A DNA stretch of 64,000 bases. It comes from Lingula anatina. Taxonomy: Eukaryota > Animalia > Brachiopoda. Of the stretch, positions 1 through 13,024 are shown piece after piece. Position numbers and translations under genes: made by a program. Location: assembly GCA_051362555.1 (NCBI GenBank), contig CM120648.1, positions 4,274,587 through 4,338,586 on the forward strand, read 5' to 3'. The notes under the pieces were generated by a model. It was not told the DNA's origin. It ran no database searches and saw nothing but the letters and a program-made list of their open reading frames with translations. How positions within the stretch are numbered: position 1 is the stretch's first letter; each line of letters starts with the position of its first letter.

Positions 1-605
1 GTTCCGCCTTCATCTTGTACCAAGGGACGAAGATCCACGGGCGCAACACTGGGAGATAACTGAAAATGTACCATATTATCCATATTACTTTGGAGAAAAC
101 CGAAAATTTGCGTAGCGGTGGCTTGCAACCTAAGGTCCACTTCCCCGTGATAATACCCAACTTTTATAAAAATTTTATTATCATTGTTTTAATTTTATTT
201 TTAAGTCGCCTTACGGATAGGCAGTATGTCGTGATGTTAGCCTACTGAACATATAGGTCAGTTTATTAATTGACTCACAACCAGCGCTTATTCACTTGTA
301 CTGACATGGTATGGTTCTGGATATTGAAGTCCAGTATTTGTAAATCTATTTCAATTACTCATTTTGGTCAATATTTCCATTCCATGGCATCCCTCCAGAG
401 TGACCCCCACCCTCGACATCCTTAAACAAATGTAAAATCAGGTCATGAACTTATAGCATAGAGTTCACTGTAGACGCCCAAATTTTCGAGGGTTACAATC
501 TCGAGACATCCGAAAGTTTTCAGATAAGGAACCGAATGTGACAGCATTGGCCGATATACTCAGAGGACATAACCCAAAAGACGAGTTTGAAAACGCCGTC
601 CAAAT

Positions 606-977
606 ATGAAACGAGCAGTAGTTTACCAAAGCTCAAAGCCCTTGAGGCTCAGCGACTATGCTGTTCCTACTCCCCCTCCCAAAGGAGCAGTTGTTAAGGT
701 AAATGGAATTTAAAAGTCAAGGCAGTTTTGTGAAAAGGTTTAAAACATCATGAAGTTTTAATATTGGGGTTGTACATGTAGGCTATGCGTAGGCTTGTGC
801 TTCTCTACGACCAGTCCTTATCTTCGGTTCGCCCCCTTTTTTTATTTATTCACGGGCCGGGAGTTTTCCGTTTTAAGCCAATGAGTTTATACATATTTCC
901 TACATTAACAGTTTTAGCATGTACGTGTAATGTGCGTTTGAGCCATTTGCATTTGCAATAATGTGTTCGCACGTATG

Positions 978-1029
<52 letters not shown>

Positions 1030-1299
1030 TGAGTGAGTGAGTGAGTGAGTGAGCCTGTACATGTTAACATGTATACTAGGCCTATAGTAGGCCTATAGCT
1101 ATAGTGGGTTAGGACACCCGTAAACGAAGGCGACAGAATTTTAAACTATTGTCGTAATATTTGACTTGCAGATCACGTACTCTGGCGTGTGTCACTCAGA
1201 CATCCACTTTTGGGAGGGTTTTGATAATGTGCCTGGCCTGAAGGAGTTAGCACCAGGTAGGAAAGACTCACTCAAGGTCGCGCAATCACTTCTCCCCCT

Positions 1300-1344
<45 letters not shown>

Positions 1345-2442
1345 ATACACAGAATAGGCACAGGTTGCGTTAGAGAACCGTTCACTTTGCAAGAAAAGGC
1401 CCAAATTTTGACGAATGAAAATTTTCACATCTTAAACTATATCACAAAAGATCCCTAAAACATCTTACTGGAGACTCGATTTCAATTCCAAAGAAATTGG
1501 GCTATTATATGAAACCCGCACACGCTTGCAGGGAAATACAGTCATCCAGGGAATATATTGTAACGTATGTGAATTTAATCCAAATCTTTCACCAAATAAA
1601 AAAAATCTAACTTTCTGTTTATGAATTTCCATGGTATAGCGTTGAGTAGTCAGTGTCTGCAAAATTGCATTTGTTCACATCATGTGAACCCATGTCTTGG
1701 TCAACAGACATCCATGAGTGTTACAGAACGCGCCACTGCATACGATAAAAGCACAAACATAAGACCAGAGTCAATGACCAGGGGGTAAATATGTGTGTTC
1801 ATGTAGGAATTTCACTAAGACTTCAATAATTTGAAGTTAAAGCAGAAAGCATTAAGACATTGGAAGGACTTCTAAACCAACGAATTGCAAATGTCATGGC
1901 AGTTACTAGTATATTCAGATATGCAAAAAAGGTAACTTCACTTATTTCGAAGTATCTGTCTCTTTTGGTCATTGATGTATATACAGGCCCGTAGCTAGCA
2001 ATTTCAAAAGGGGGGTTCTTTTTCTGAAAAAGTGGACCTTTTTCCATAAAAACTTCATGTACCTAGATCAAATTTTACCCAGAGTGGACCTTTTCCCAGC
2101 AAAAGGGGTGGTTCTTTCGAACCCCCCGAACCCCCCCTGGCTACGGGCCTGATATATATATATAGCATTTTTCATTTGCATAATATTTGTGTTATAATTA
2201 TATGACGTATATAATTAACTTTTAATATAATTGTATTTTGGTTTGTAGTTTACCCCATTTTAGCTCATTGAACAGTATGCACATGTTATTATATTTATTG
2301 AAATAAAACTCCTGTTTGATAGGCCACGAAATTGCCGGAGTCGTAGAAGCCCTAGGTGACGATGCAGGTAAATATAGAAATTTGGACATTCCTTTTTTGT
2401 CAAATTAAATTTATTTTGCAATTGTAAATTAACATTTTTATG

Positions 2443-2482
<40 letters not shown>

Positions 2483-5400
2483 CAGATCAAGTGTGACTTG
2501 CATTTAGAATGTTAAAATTGGACGCTATGAATTTTATTATATGAAGGTCGAAGTGAATGGAAATCAATGGACAATGCATGCACCTATTTAGAACAGAAGC
2601 GTCTCTATTTCAGGGACAGAGTTGAATGTCGGAGACAATGTAGTGGTCTATCCCTGGCTGGCATGCTTAGAATGCGCCCTGTGCGTCGGCTGGCGTTCTA
2701 ATCTCTGTCGCGACATTAGACAAATGCTTGGATTTAGGCAGCACGGAGGGTAAGGGTGCTTTCCCAGAGATTAAGATCGATCTAGAGATTAAGATTTAGA
2801 TCGACCTAACTCCCTGGGGGTTCACGCTAAATTGCAGTCAGCCGAGCGGGCACCATAGTTGATTACCTCCTTACAGCTTTTAGTAGGCGGGACAGACGCT
2901 TAAACCGGCCAAGCTGACAGTAATCTAGTGAGACTCCCCACAGGGATAGATTGATCTAAAAATCTATGGAAATGGGGTGCAAGATGATTGATTTTCGATA
3001 TTTTGAAACAAGTTACTCATAATTTCAAATTACGAATGATGGTGCTTTATTTTTGGTTGTTTTTTTTTTTTTTTAGTAAGTAGTAAAAAGTATTGTGGGA
3101 CATCATATAGGTATTGACTCAATGCAAAAAGTAGCAGTAGGTATATACACGTTACATTTACCTGTTTCACTACGCTAGTTAAATGAATTTATTTCTTCAT
3201 AGCCTTTCTAAAAATGTGCTTAAATAATAAAGATTATTATTATCATTATTATTTTATGAAAAGTACTTTTCACAAAGCTTTCAAATCGCAAAAGCATTCT
3301 CCTCTCTGTCTGTCTATCTACCACAATCATTTATCCACACATATCTCTGTCCACTTCTTTGTCCATCTCTTCCAGATTTGCTACCCACGTGGTGGTTCCT
3401 ATCGTTGAGAGGACGGTGCTGAGGATTCCCCGGGGTCTGTCCCCTGAGGTCGCCTGTATGCTCCCCTGTAGTGGAATTACTACGTACAACGCTGTGTTGA
3501 ACACACGGGATACTCTGCAGGACATGGTTGGTTTGAAGGGTAAGACTATGTTTTTTCAGACAAAAAAGTGGTTCTTTCAAAGTGCCCGAACACCTCCTCC
3601 CTATGGGCCAGTGTATAAAATCATAAGATTACATATGCAGGACCCTTGGACTTATAACCAATGTGGTCTTGAGCTGTTGCATGTATGCATGTACACTGTT
3701 GAATGGTATCGAGTTGCATATGTACGTGTATATAGAAATACATGTATAATCAATAAACAATTATTAGTCTACTGTAAAGATATCACAGATAATTGACAAT
3801 GGTTAAAGATTTGATGAGCATATTTCCACATCCTGTGATAGGCAAGGCAAATCTGCTGGTTATCGGAGCCGGTGGTTTGGGATTATGGTGCATACAATTT
3901 GCTAAACACATTCTGCCGCCAGAGGTCAGTGTGTTCTCGGCCGATATCACGGTAAGGATGAGCGATTTTCGAAGCTTTTCGAAGTCTTTCACTGATTTTG
4001 CTTTATTTGAGTTCAACGTTACGAATTGGAATTTATTAATTGCAATGTTTAGTGGATGCAGTCCATTTGCTTTTATGGCCATGAAAAATCTACAAAAAAA
4101 AAAAACTTTGACCTTTACAGGGTATATAGGCCTATATATGCATATCTTTATAACCTATCGTCCCATCTATCGTTTTTTAATACAAAACATGAAAATGTAA
4201 GTCTTTTCGAGTCATTTTGATATATGCATCATATGATAAAACTATAAAAGACATCCCTTTCATTGACCGACAGGAAGAGAAACTGAAGTTGGCTCAAGAT
4301 GCCAATGCCGACGGTACGATCTTATGGACGAAAGGCGGTAAGATGACTGTGTACAGTGTGCAAATTTGCTATCCTCTGGGTCATTTTCCTGAGGACAGCA
4401 GCCGTTTTTAACCACTGCATAGCAATGTCAGAGAAAATTAATATCTATTGTTTGAAAAACATTACTTTACCTACATGATATCTGTCCAGAGAGAAACAAT
4501 GTTATCCAATGGATAGTATTATCCATAGGAAAGTGCTACCCAGTGTTAATGAAACTGGGTCCTGGATGATAAACTGTCTTCAATTACAGGCGCGTAGCCA
4601 GCAATTTCAAAAGGGGGGTTCTTTTTCTGAAATATGGACTTTTTCCCATAAACAATTTATGCATCTAGATAAAATTTTACCCAGAGTAGACCTTTTCCCA
4701 GCAAAAGGGGCGGTTCTTTCGAATCCCCTCCCCCCAGGCTACGGACTGAATTACTTTCATTGCTCACGTGTAAACTTTTAATACGTTTATCTTCACAAAC
4801 CTTTTGTTATTTCTCTGGAAATTTTAGCCAATGAGGAGGCGCTTCTTGCACATACAAGAGAGATCAGCGGCGTTGGGAAGATCGGTTTCGACGCTGTTAT
4901 AGATCTCGTTGGTTCAGAAGATACTTCCAGGAGGGCGTACGGCCTACAGGCTGCAGTAAGTACAGAGCTACAGTACCCTCTACAACTGATTGGTTTTTCA
5001 TTAGATATTCATAAATAACATGTTTCTCTGGCTATTCTTTTTTATCTGTCCTTTGTCCAGCTAGAATTCTCGCATACAATTGACGTCAGCACTTAGCTGG
5101 CGTCTGGTGGAGAGGAGCACAGAACTTTGTCTGGTGAGTTAAATGTCTCTGCTGTAGTGATTATTTTTTCCCGCAGGGAGGTATCCAAGTGACAGTCGGA
5201 CTGTTTGGCGGGAAAATGACCCTGGACCTTCCAACTCACACTTTAAACAGCAAATGTGTAAAGGGTGTGCTAGTTGGGACACCGCAGCATTTGGAGGACG
5301 TCTTGAAGCTGGTGGCAGAGAAAAAGGTAGGCCTAATTGTGATAGTTGCGACACTGAACACAAAGCAGTTCAACCACCTGTGTGATGGCACAGTTGTGTG

Positions 5401-5730
5401 CAGAACGGAAGTAGCAATTATACCGAGTATATATGGAATAACATCAAATTAATTCCAACTTATCGAGCCGGTAGCAAAATTTTCCCTTACATTTATAAGG
5501 TTGAATGTTTTACGTATAGCACACTCATTGGCGACATATTTATAACTGAAACAACCACGCCTGTAGTTTTTACGGTTAATGTATTTATTTCTTTATAAAA
5601 AGCATGTCTTACAATTTTTTTTCAGTTAAAACCACCACCGACAGAGTTCTATTCATTGGATCAAATCACAGACGTCCTCAATCGCCTTAGAGACGGACAA
5701 ATCAAGGGACGAGCAATATTGAAAATGTGA
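606..5730 (+). CDS. Zn-dependent alcohol dehydrogenase (MDR family), copy 1; 10 coding exons: 606-698, 1172-1256, 2323-2367, 2614-2749, 3376-3539, 3842-3951, 4274-4337, 4828-4955, 5177-5326, 5626-5730 (~359 aa)
   Basis: Phase-consistent GT-AG exons give MKRAVV..GVCHSDIH..PGHEIAG..VYPWLACLECALC..NLC (structural Zn)..LPCSGIT..GAGGLG (Rossmann)..SADI (Asp, suggests NAD)..GRAILKM*. Catalytic Zn ligands C/H/C present. Confidence 0.93.
980..1053. repeat. (GT)n(GAGT)n microsatellite
   Basis: Directly visible. Confidence 0.95.
1984..2151 (+). mobile_element. ~165-bp MITE, family A (TIR CAGGCCCGTAGC...GCTACGGGCCTG, 5-bp TSD)
   Basis: Perfect 12-bp TIR flanked by ATATA on both sides; related copies at 4587-4748, 34865-35036 and inverted at ~13025-13190. 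Confidence 0.85.
2754..2979. mobile_element. PIF/Harbinger-like MITE in ADH copy 1 intron 4
   Basis: Absent from the orthologous copy 2 intron; subterminal IRs ttcccagaga..gatcgatcta / tagattgatc..ctatggaaa; TAA/CAA flanks; inverted copy at ~24870-25087. Superfamily is inferred. Confidence 0.75.
4587..4748 (+). mobile_element. MITE family A in ADH copy 1 intron 7
   Basis: caatta[element]aattactttcat in copy 1 vs empty site caattactttcat at ~11395 in copy 2, which defines an AATTA TSD. Confidence 0.88.
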
Positions 5731-6387
5731 AGATTCATACTCTGTATAATATTATACAGGAGTCCTGTAAAATTTTGACAATCTTGGTATATATTCCAAT
5801 GAACTTTTAGACCTTGATTTGCCCATCCTTCAAACGTTATATATATCGACAGTAGTCACGATGAGATGCTACCTTAAAAGTTCATCCTAGAGATTTTTAG
5901 ATATTTCTTAAATAACTTTTATCTCGTTCAAATGAGATTTAGTTCATTTGTTTAATTTGTTTAACTTTGATTTTGAATATTTTGATTCCAATTCTTTGGG
6001 AAATAAAACAATTTAATTTCACGCAACATACTTATTAAACAGTTCACTTCGGGTGATAAGAACATGATCTCATAATTCCTTAAATTGATCCGTGCTAATC
6101 CTTTTAAACTGCTTATGGAGGAAATATAATACCAAGACACAGGGTGACACACATATCATTGTTCAATCGTCTACATTGTCTGTCATCCATTTTCCAAAAC
6201 AAAATGGCGGCATCACCCAAACCTCTCGCCTTATGGGGAGAGAAAAGTGGCTCATTGCGTCGTCAGCAACGCTTTTAATGCACCAGAAAAAAAATAACTA
6301 AAGAGGGGAAGAGTGGTACAGGATAGAGGTAAATATTTGACGAGCCCGCGAGGAGTTTCTGAGGTTCGAAACGGTGACAGATTTGGA

Positions 6388-6553
6388 GTATCCAGGTGCA
6401 CATGTACAAGGTCACTCACTTACTCACTCACACTCACACACGAGTGCACATGCCAAAACATTTATTGCAAATGCAAATGACATAAAAACGCAGTACACAT
6501 ACACACGTGCGCACTAACATTGATAATGTAAGAATTATATATAAACTCATTCG
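6388..6553 (-). repeat. Inverted copy of ADH copy 2 intron 1 segment (8088-8253)
   Basis: caggtgcacatgtacaaggtcactcacttactcactcacactcacacacgag... is the reverse complement of ...ctcgtgtgtgagtgtgagtgagtaagtgagtgaccttgtacatgtgcacctg. Confidence 0.9.
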
Positions 6554-6809
6554 GGTCAGGGGGTGTCAGTGGTGGATATAGGTTTTTCCTGAGGGGGAAG
6601 TGGGGCAGGAATTAAAGAATTTTGTCCCATTTCACTCGACGGTAGATGAGGACGCTTTACACTAAAATATGGAGCAGAGAGATGGAAATGTAGGCTGGGT
6701 CTGTCTTGTTTCAATCGTACTATTTCTGGGGACGGAGAAAGGAGTTAAAGGGTGCCTCAGAGGGTAGAGCAGGTGTACACACGTGCCCTTTGTTACCCTC
6801 CCCCCCCCC

Positions 6810-6841
<32 letters not shown>

Positions 6842-7593
6842 AGCGAATGTACCGTTTCTCATGGGATATTTATTTGGAGTCCAAAGTTTTTCCAGTAGAA
6901 GACGGTCCTGAAAACGTCCTATATTTTGCACAAAAGATAAGATCAGCATACACGTAACCCTGTTTGCGTTCTAATTTTAGTTCTGCTATTTTCAGCGCTT
7001 TTAAGAGATTAAAATCTGCCAACTACTTTTAAGCAACCAGAGTGTACATATAAATCTATCAAACATTTCACTGTAAGACTTAGCATATCAAGGTTTTGAC
7101 AGTTGTCAAATTTAAAATGAATTGATATCAGTTTACTTTAAGTGACATTACATTTTAAACAAAGAGCAGTAGCACATGCATACATGAATGCAAGCTTGGC
7201 TACAGGGGGCTCCGTCTTCATCTTGAACACAAGAAAGATGACCCGCGGGTGTAAAACTGGAAGATGACTGAAAACGCACCATAATAACCATGAATGAATA
7301 AATATGACTTTGAAGAAAACAGAAAATTTGCGTAGTGGTGGATTGCAGTCAAAGTCAATTTCTCCATGATAATATTCAAACTTTTAAAAAAGGTATATAT
7401 ATTTAACGTGGTCTGACGGATTTTAATTTTATAGATCCGTTTAGAATTTATTTTCGCTGTGGATCAATTTATCTTTTATCCATTTACTCACAACCAGTGT
7501 ATGGTTTTGAATATTGAAGTCCAGAATAATTAAGCCAAGTTCACTGACTTGATTTGGCAAATATTTTCATACCAGAGTGCCCTTTGGAGAGAC

Positions 7594-7594
<1 letters not shown>

Positions 7595-7626
<32 letters not shown>
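7595..7626. repeat. Poly-C tract upstream of ADH copy 2
   Basis: About 32 C; only a short C run at the homologous copy 1 site (~403). Confidence 0.9.
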
Positions 7627-7628
<2 letters not shown>

Positions 7629-7801
7629 GCAAACAAATTTAAAAACAGGTCAAAAACAGGCCAACTTTCGAGGGTTAAATTCCAGAGATCTTCAGTTTTT
7701 CAGATAAGGAACCGAGAGTGACAGCACTTGCATTAATCGGCCGGTAAATGCAGAGGACGTACATGTATCCCAGAAGACGAGTTTGAAAACGCCGTCCAAA
7801 T

Positions 7802-8926
7802 ATGAAACGAGCAGTAGTTTACGAAGCCTCAAAGCCCTTGAGGCTCACCGACTATGCTGTTCCTACTCCCCCTTCCAAAGGAGCAGTTGTTAAGGTAAGT
7901 TGATTTTAAAGGCCTAGGTAGTATCATATGGTGAAAAAGTTTAAAACGTCATGGAGTTTTGATGTTGGGATTGTACATGTAGGCTATGCGTATAGGCCTG
8001 TGCTTCTCTTTGCAGGCCCAGTCTTCTTTTCCTGTTTACCCTCTTCTTTACATATTCGTTCACGGTCTGGAAGCAACCCGTTTTAAGCGAATGAGTTTAT
8101 ACATATGTCTTACATTAACAGTGTTAGCGCGCACGTGTGTATGTGTACTTCGTTTTTATGTCATTTGCATTTGCAATAAATGTGTTGGCATGTGTACTCG
8201 TGTGTGAGTGTGAGTGAGTAAGTGAGTGACCTTGTACATGTGCACCTGTATACTATAGTATAAACATAGTAGGTTAGGGCACCTGTATCCGAAGGCGACA
8301 GAATTTTTAAAAAATCACTGAGCATACTCCACTATTGTCGTACTAATTTACTTGCAGATCACGTACTCCGGCGTGTGTCACTCAGACATCAACTTTTGGG
8401 AAGGTTTTGATAGTGGACCTGGTCTGAAGGAGGTAGCACCAGGTAGGAAAGACTCACTCAAAGTCGCGCGATCACTTGCCCTCCCTCTTTTTCTCTCTCT
8501 TTGTCTCTCTCAATACACACCGAATAGTCAATACGCACAGGTTGTTTTAGAGAACCGCCCACTTTGAAGAAAAGATCCAAATTTTGACAAAGGCCAGGGT
8601 AGGTGACCTTGAAAGCGACCACTTGCAGTGAAATACAGTCATCTAGGGAATACATTGTAAAAAGGGGAAGGGCGCAGGGAGGTGATATGGAGAGAAATTG
8701 ACTCTTTTCATTGACATCACAAACTAGCGTTTAAACATATCAAAATACAACACGTTCGGATTAACAGAAAACATCACACTCCGTCGCGCATTACAATGTG
8801 TTCAAATATATAAATAACTGAATACAGTTATAGCAGAAAGGCAGTGGACTGTACTGCTGATATCACAAACTAGCTCACAAACATGCATAAGTCACAATGA
8901 ACACATTATTTTGCACAAAGAATACA

Positions 8927-8973
<47 letters not shown>

Positions 8974-10145
8974 ATTATTAGGGGGCTGCCGGATCTCCCT
9001 GCCAGGCAGCCTCGATTATCTCCTTGGTTTGTTGCTGCCTGGGCACAATAATAGGAAGTATTTATTCATTTGGCAAAATGTGAAAACCTCTAAAACACTG
9101 TTTAGGAAATTCCATGTCATTTCGTTGAGTAGTCAGTGTCTGCAAGATTGCAATTGTTCACACATGTTAACAAATGATATATACATGTATGTAGCAGTAA
9201 TGTAACCTCTGTCTTTTTTATTTTTTTCATTTGCATAATATTTATAATTATAATATATTTTTATGTTTTATAATTATACCATGTATATCACTAACTTCTA
9301 ATATAATGGCACTTTGTAGTGCACCCTATATTTAGCTCATTGAACAGAATGCACATATTATTTCTGTTGAAGTAAAACCTTCTGTTTGATAGGACACGAA
9401 ATTGCTGGAGTCGTGGAAGCCCTTGGTGACAGTGCAGGTAAATCTAGAAATTTTTGGGTTTTTTTTTTTTTTTTTTTGTAAAATTCAAATTATTTGCAAT
9501 CGTAAAAATATTATTTATATCTTTTATATATAGTATAATTATTGTGTGTTGCAAGAAACTGTTTTGACATGTTTTGTGAAGCCAACATGGATTTCAGCTT
9601 ACGATGCAGGTGTTACTACATGTAGAATGCATCATGTGTTTAAAATTTTTATTTGGTAAAAAAAAAAGATTGATCTGAAAAAAAAAATATATATATATAT
9701 ATATATTATATTATATATAAAATATATATATTATAATTATATATATATATATTATAATGGGACGTCATGTATTTTCATAATGTTTTGTTCTGACGTTTAA
9801 TTGGAATCGGGCAGACTTTGGAAGCTTACAGTGAAGCTATTTAAAAATGGTAGTGAATGGAAATCAATGGATAATGCATACACCTATTTAGAACAGTAGC
9901 GTCTATATTTCAGGGACAGAGTTGAATGTCGGAGACAATGTAGTGGTCTATCTCTGGCTGAAATGCTTGGAATGCGCCCTGTGCGTCGGCTGGCGTCCCA
10001 ACCTCTGTAACGACATTAGATATATGCTCGGATGTAGTCAGCACGGAGGGTAAGATAATTGTAGTTTAAAACGAGTTACTCACAATTTCAAATCACGAAT
10101 GATGGCACTTCTTGTATTTTTTGGTTTTGTTTTGTAATAGTAAAG

Positions 10146-10186
<41 letters not shown>

Positions 10187-12096
10187 CTAAGTAGTTTTCA
10201 CAAAGTTTTCAAACCACAAAAGCATTCTCCTCTCTTTCTGTCTATCTACCTCAATCATTTATCCACACATATTTCTGTCCACTTGTTGTCCATCTCTTCC
10301 AGATTTGCTACCCACGTGGTGGTTCCTATCTTTGAGAGGACGGTGCTTAGAATTCCCCGGGGTCTGTCCCCTGAGGTCGCCTGTATGCTCCCCTGTAGTG
10401 GAATTACTACGTACAACGCTGTGTTGAACACACGGGATACTCTGCTCGATATGGTTGGATTGAGAGGTAAGGCTATCTTTCTCCCGCCCCCCCCCCCCCC
10501 CCCCCCCCCCCAAGCCTTCCTTATATCATCCGTCTTGGATTTATTACCACTGTGGTCTCGTGCTGTTCCATGCATTCATACATGTATACTGTTGTCGAGT
10601 TGCATATGTACATGTACATGTATATAGCAATACATGTGTAATCAATATATAATTATTAGTTTACTGTGAAGATATCACAGATAATTGGCATTGATTGAAG
10701 ATTTGATGAGCATATTTCCATATCTTTTTATAGGCAAGGCAAATCTGCTGGTAATCGGAGCAGGTGGTTTGGGATTATGGTGCATACAATTTGCCAAACA
10801 CATTCTGCCGCCAGAGGTCAGTGTGTTCTCGGCCGATATCACGGTAAGGATGTGTGATTTTCGATGCCTTTCAATGATTTGATTTCAACATTACAATTGG
10901 GATTTATTTATTGCAACCTCCAGTGGATGCATCCCATTTATTTTATGGTCATGAATACAAAACATGAAAATATATTTGGCATTTAGCTAGTCTTTTTGAT
11001 ATACAAAACAAGTACGCACCATGTAATAATACTATAAAAGACATCCCTTTCACTTATTGATAGGAAGAGAAACTTAAGTTGGCTCAGGATGCCAATGCTG
11101 ACGGTACGATCTTATGGACGAAAGGCGGTAAGATGAGTTCCATAATGCATCTGTGATTAGTCTGGGTACAATGTACAAATTTGCTATCCTCTGGATCATT
11201 TTCCTCAGGATAGCAGCCATTTTTATCACTGCATAGCAATGTCAGACACGAAATTAATATCTATTGTTTGAAAAACATTACTTTACCCACAAGATATCTG
11301 TCCAGAGGGAAACAATGTTATCCAATGGATAGTGTCACAGGAAAGTGCTAACCAGTGTCAATGAAACTACTGGGTCCTGGACGATAAACAGCCTCAATTA
11401 CTTTCATTGATCACTGATCAAAGTTTCAATATTTTATTTATTTTGCTAAATGTAAATGGTTGATCAGCTGTGTTTATCTGCTACATTTAGCCAATGAGGA
11501 GGCGCTCCTTGCACATACAAGAGAGATCAGCGGCGTTGGGAAGATTGGTTTCGACGCTGTTATAGATCTCGTTGGTACAGAAGATACTTCGAGGAGGGCA
11601 TACGAGCTACAGGCTGCAGTAAGTACAGGCCTACAGCACCCTCTACCACTGACTGATTTTTCATTAGATATTCACAGATCACATGTTTCTCTGGCTAATC
11701 TTTTTTTTATCTGTCCGTTGTCTGACTAGAACTCTTGCATACAATAGGCGTCACCACTTAACTGGTGAAGAGGAACACAGAACTTTGTATTGAGAGTTTC
11801 GTCTCTGCTTTAGTGATAAGCCCAAAAGTCTTATTTTTTCCCCGCAGGGAGGTATCCAAGTGACAGTCGGGCTGTTTGGCGGGAAATTGACCCTGGACCT
11901 TCCATCTCACACTTTTAGCAGCAAATGTGTAAAGGGTGTACTAGTTGGGACACCGCAGCATTTGGAGGAAGTCTTGAAGCTGGTGGCAGAGAAAAAGGTA
12001 ATTGTGATAGTTGTGACGCTGAACACAATGCAGTTCAACAGCCAATGAGATGGCACCGATGTGTGCAGAACAGTAGTATGCAGAACAGAAGTAGCG

Positions 12097-12157
<61 letters not shown>

Positions 12158-12444
12158 GAAAATATCAAATTACCTCCAACTTATGGAGCCAGTAGCAATT
12201 TTTTTTCTTATAAGATTGAATGTTTTACGTACAGCACACTCAGTGGCCACATATTTATAACTGAAACAACCACGCCTGTAGTTTTTACGGTTAATGTATT
12301 TATTTCTTTATCAAAAACATGTCTCACAATTTTTTTCAGTTAAAACCTCCACCGACAGAGTTCTATTCATTGAATCAAATCACAGACGTCCTCAATCGCC
12401 TTAAAGACGGACAAATCAAGGGACGAGCAATACTGAAAATGTGA
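7802..12444 (+). CDS. Zn-dependent alcohol dehydrogenase, tandem copy 2; exons 7802-7894, 8358-8442, 9393-9437, 9914-10049, 10303-10466, 10734-10843, 11064-11127, 11491-11618, 11848-11997, 12340-12444
   Basis: Same exon sizes and phases as copy 1, intact frame, about 28 amino-acid differences by manual count; motif reads GVCHSDIN instead of GVCHSDIH. Confidence 0.93.
12099..12154. repeat. (TA)n microsatellite
   Basis: Directly visible; similar tracts at ~38498-38539, ~47948-48010 and ~56191-56247. Confidence 0.95.
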
Positions 12445-13024
12445 AGATTGACATACTGTATAATATTATACAGGAGCCCAGTGAAACATTGGCAATCTTG
12501 ACATTCATGTATATGATTTCATTGAAGTTGTAGGCCTCCATTTGCTCATCCTACAACCATTATATCTGGTAGTAACGATGTGTAAATTAGAACTTTGTAC
12601 TGCATCTTCTTATATGCCCCCTCATAAGTTCACCATAGATATTTTTCGTTATTTGTCAAACAAATGGGCATTTATTCATTTCTTTAATTTGTTAAATTTT
12701 GGTCTTAAATATTTTGATTCCAATTCTTCTGGAAATTAAACAATCTAATTGTACGGAACAGATTTTCTTAAATTAATTCGTGCTATTGTAAACTTGGAAA
12801 TGCTTAAGGGAAATATAATAACAAGACACAGGGTGACACACTTGTCATTGCTCAATCACCTAAATTGCCCGTCATCCATTTTCCAAAACAACATGGCGGC
12901 ATCACCTCAGTCCCTCGCCTTATGATGAGAGAAAAGTGGTTATCAGAATCGCTTTTAATGCACCAGAAAAAAATAACCAAAGAGGGGGGGATTGGTGGCA
13001 CGGGGTAGAGATAAACATCCGACA

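Noticed and set aside
850-1428. ORFs with HTHT, SLSL and ERER runs (also YIYI ORFs elsewhere)
   Set aside because: Microsatellite translation artefacts.
1529-1560. Possible extra ADH micro-exon (cttgcag|ggaaatacagtcatcc..., similar in copy 2)
   Set aside because: Its phase does not fit exon 3, and exons 2 and 3 already join cleanly as ELAPGHEIAG.
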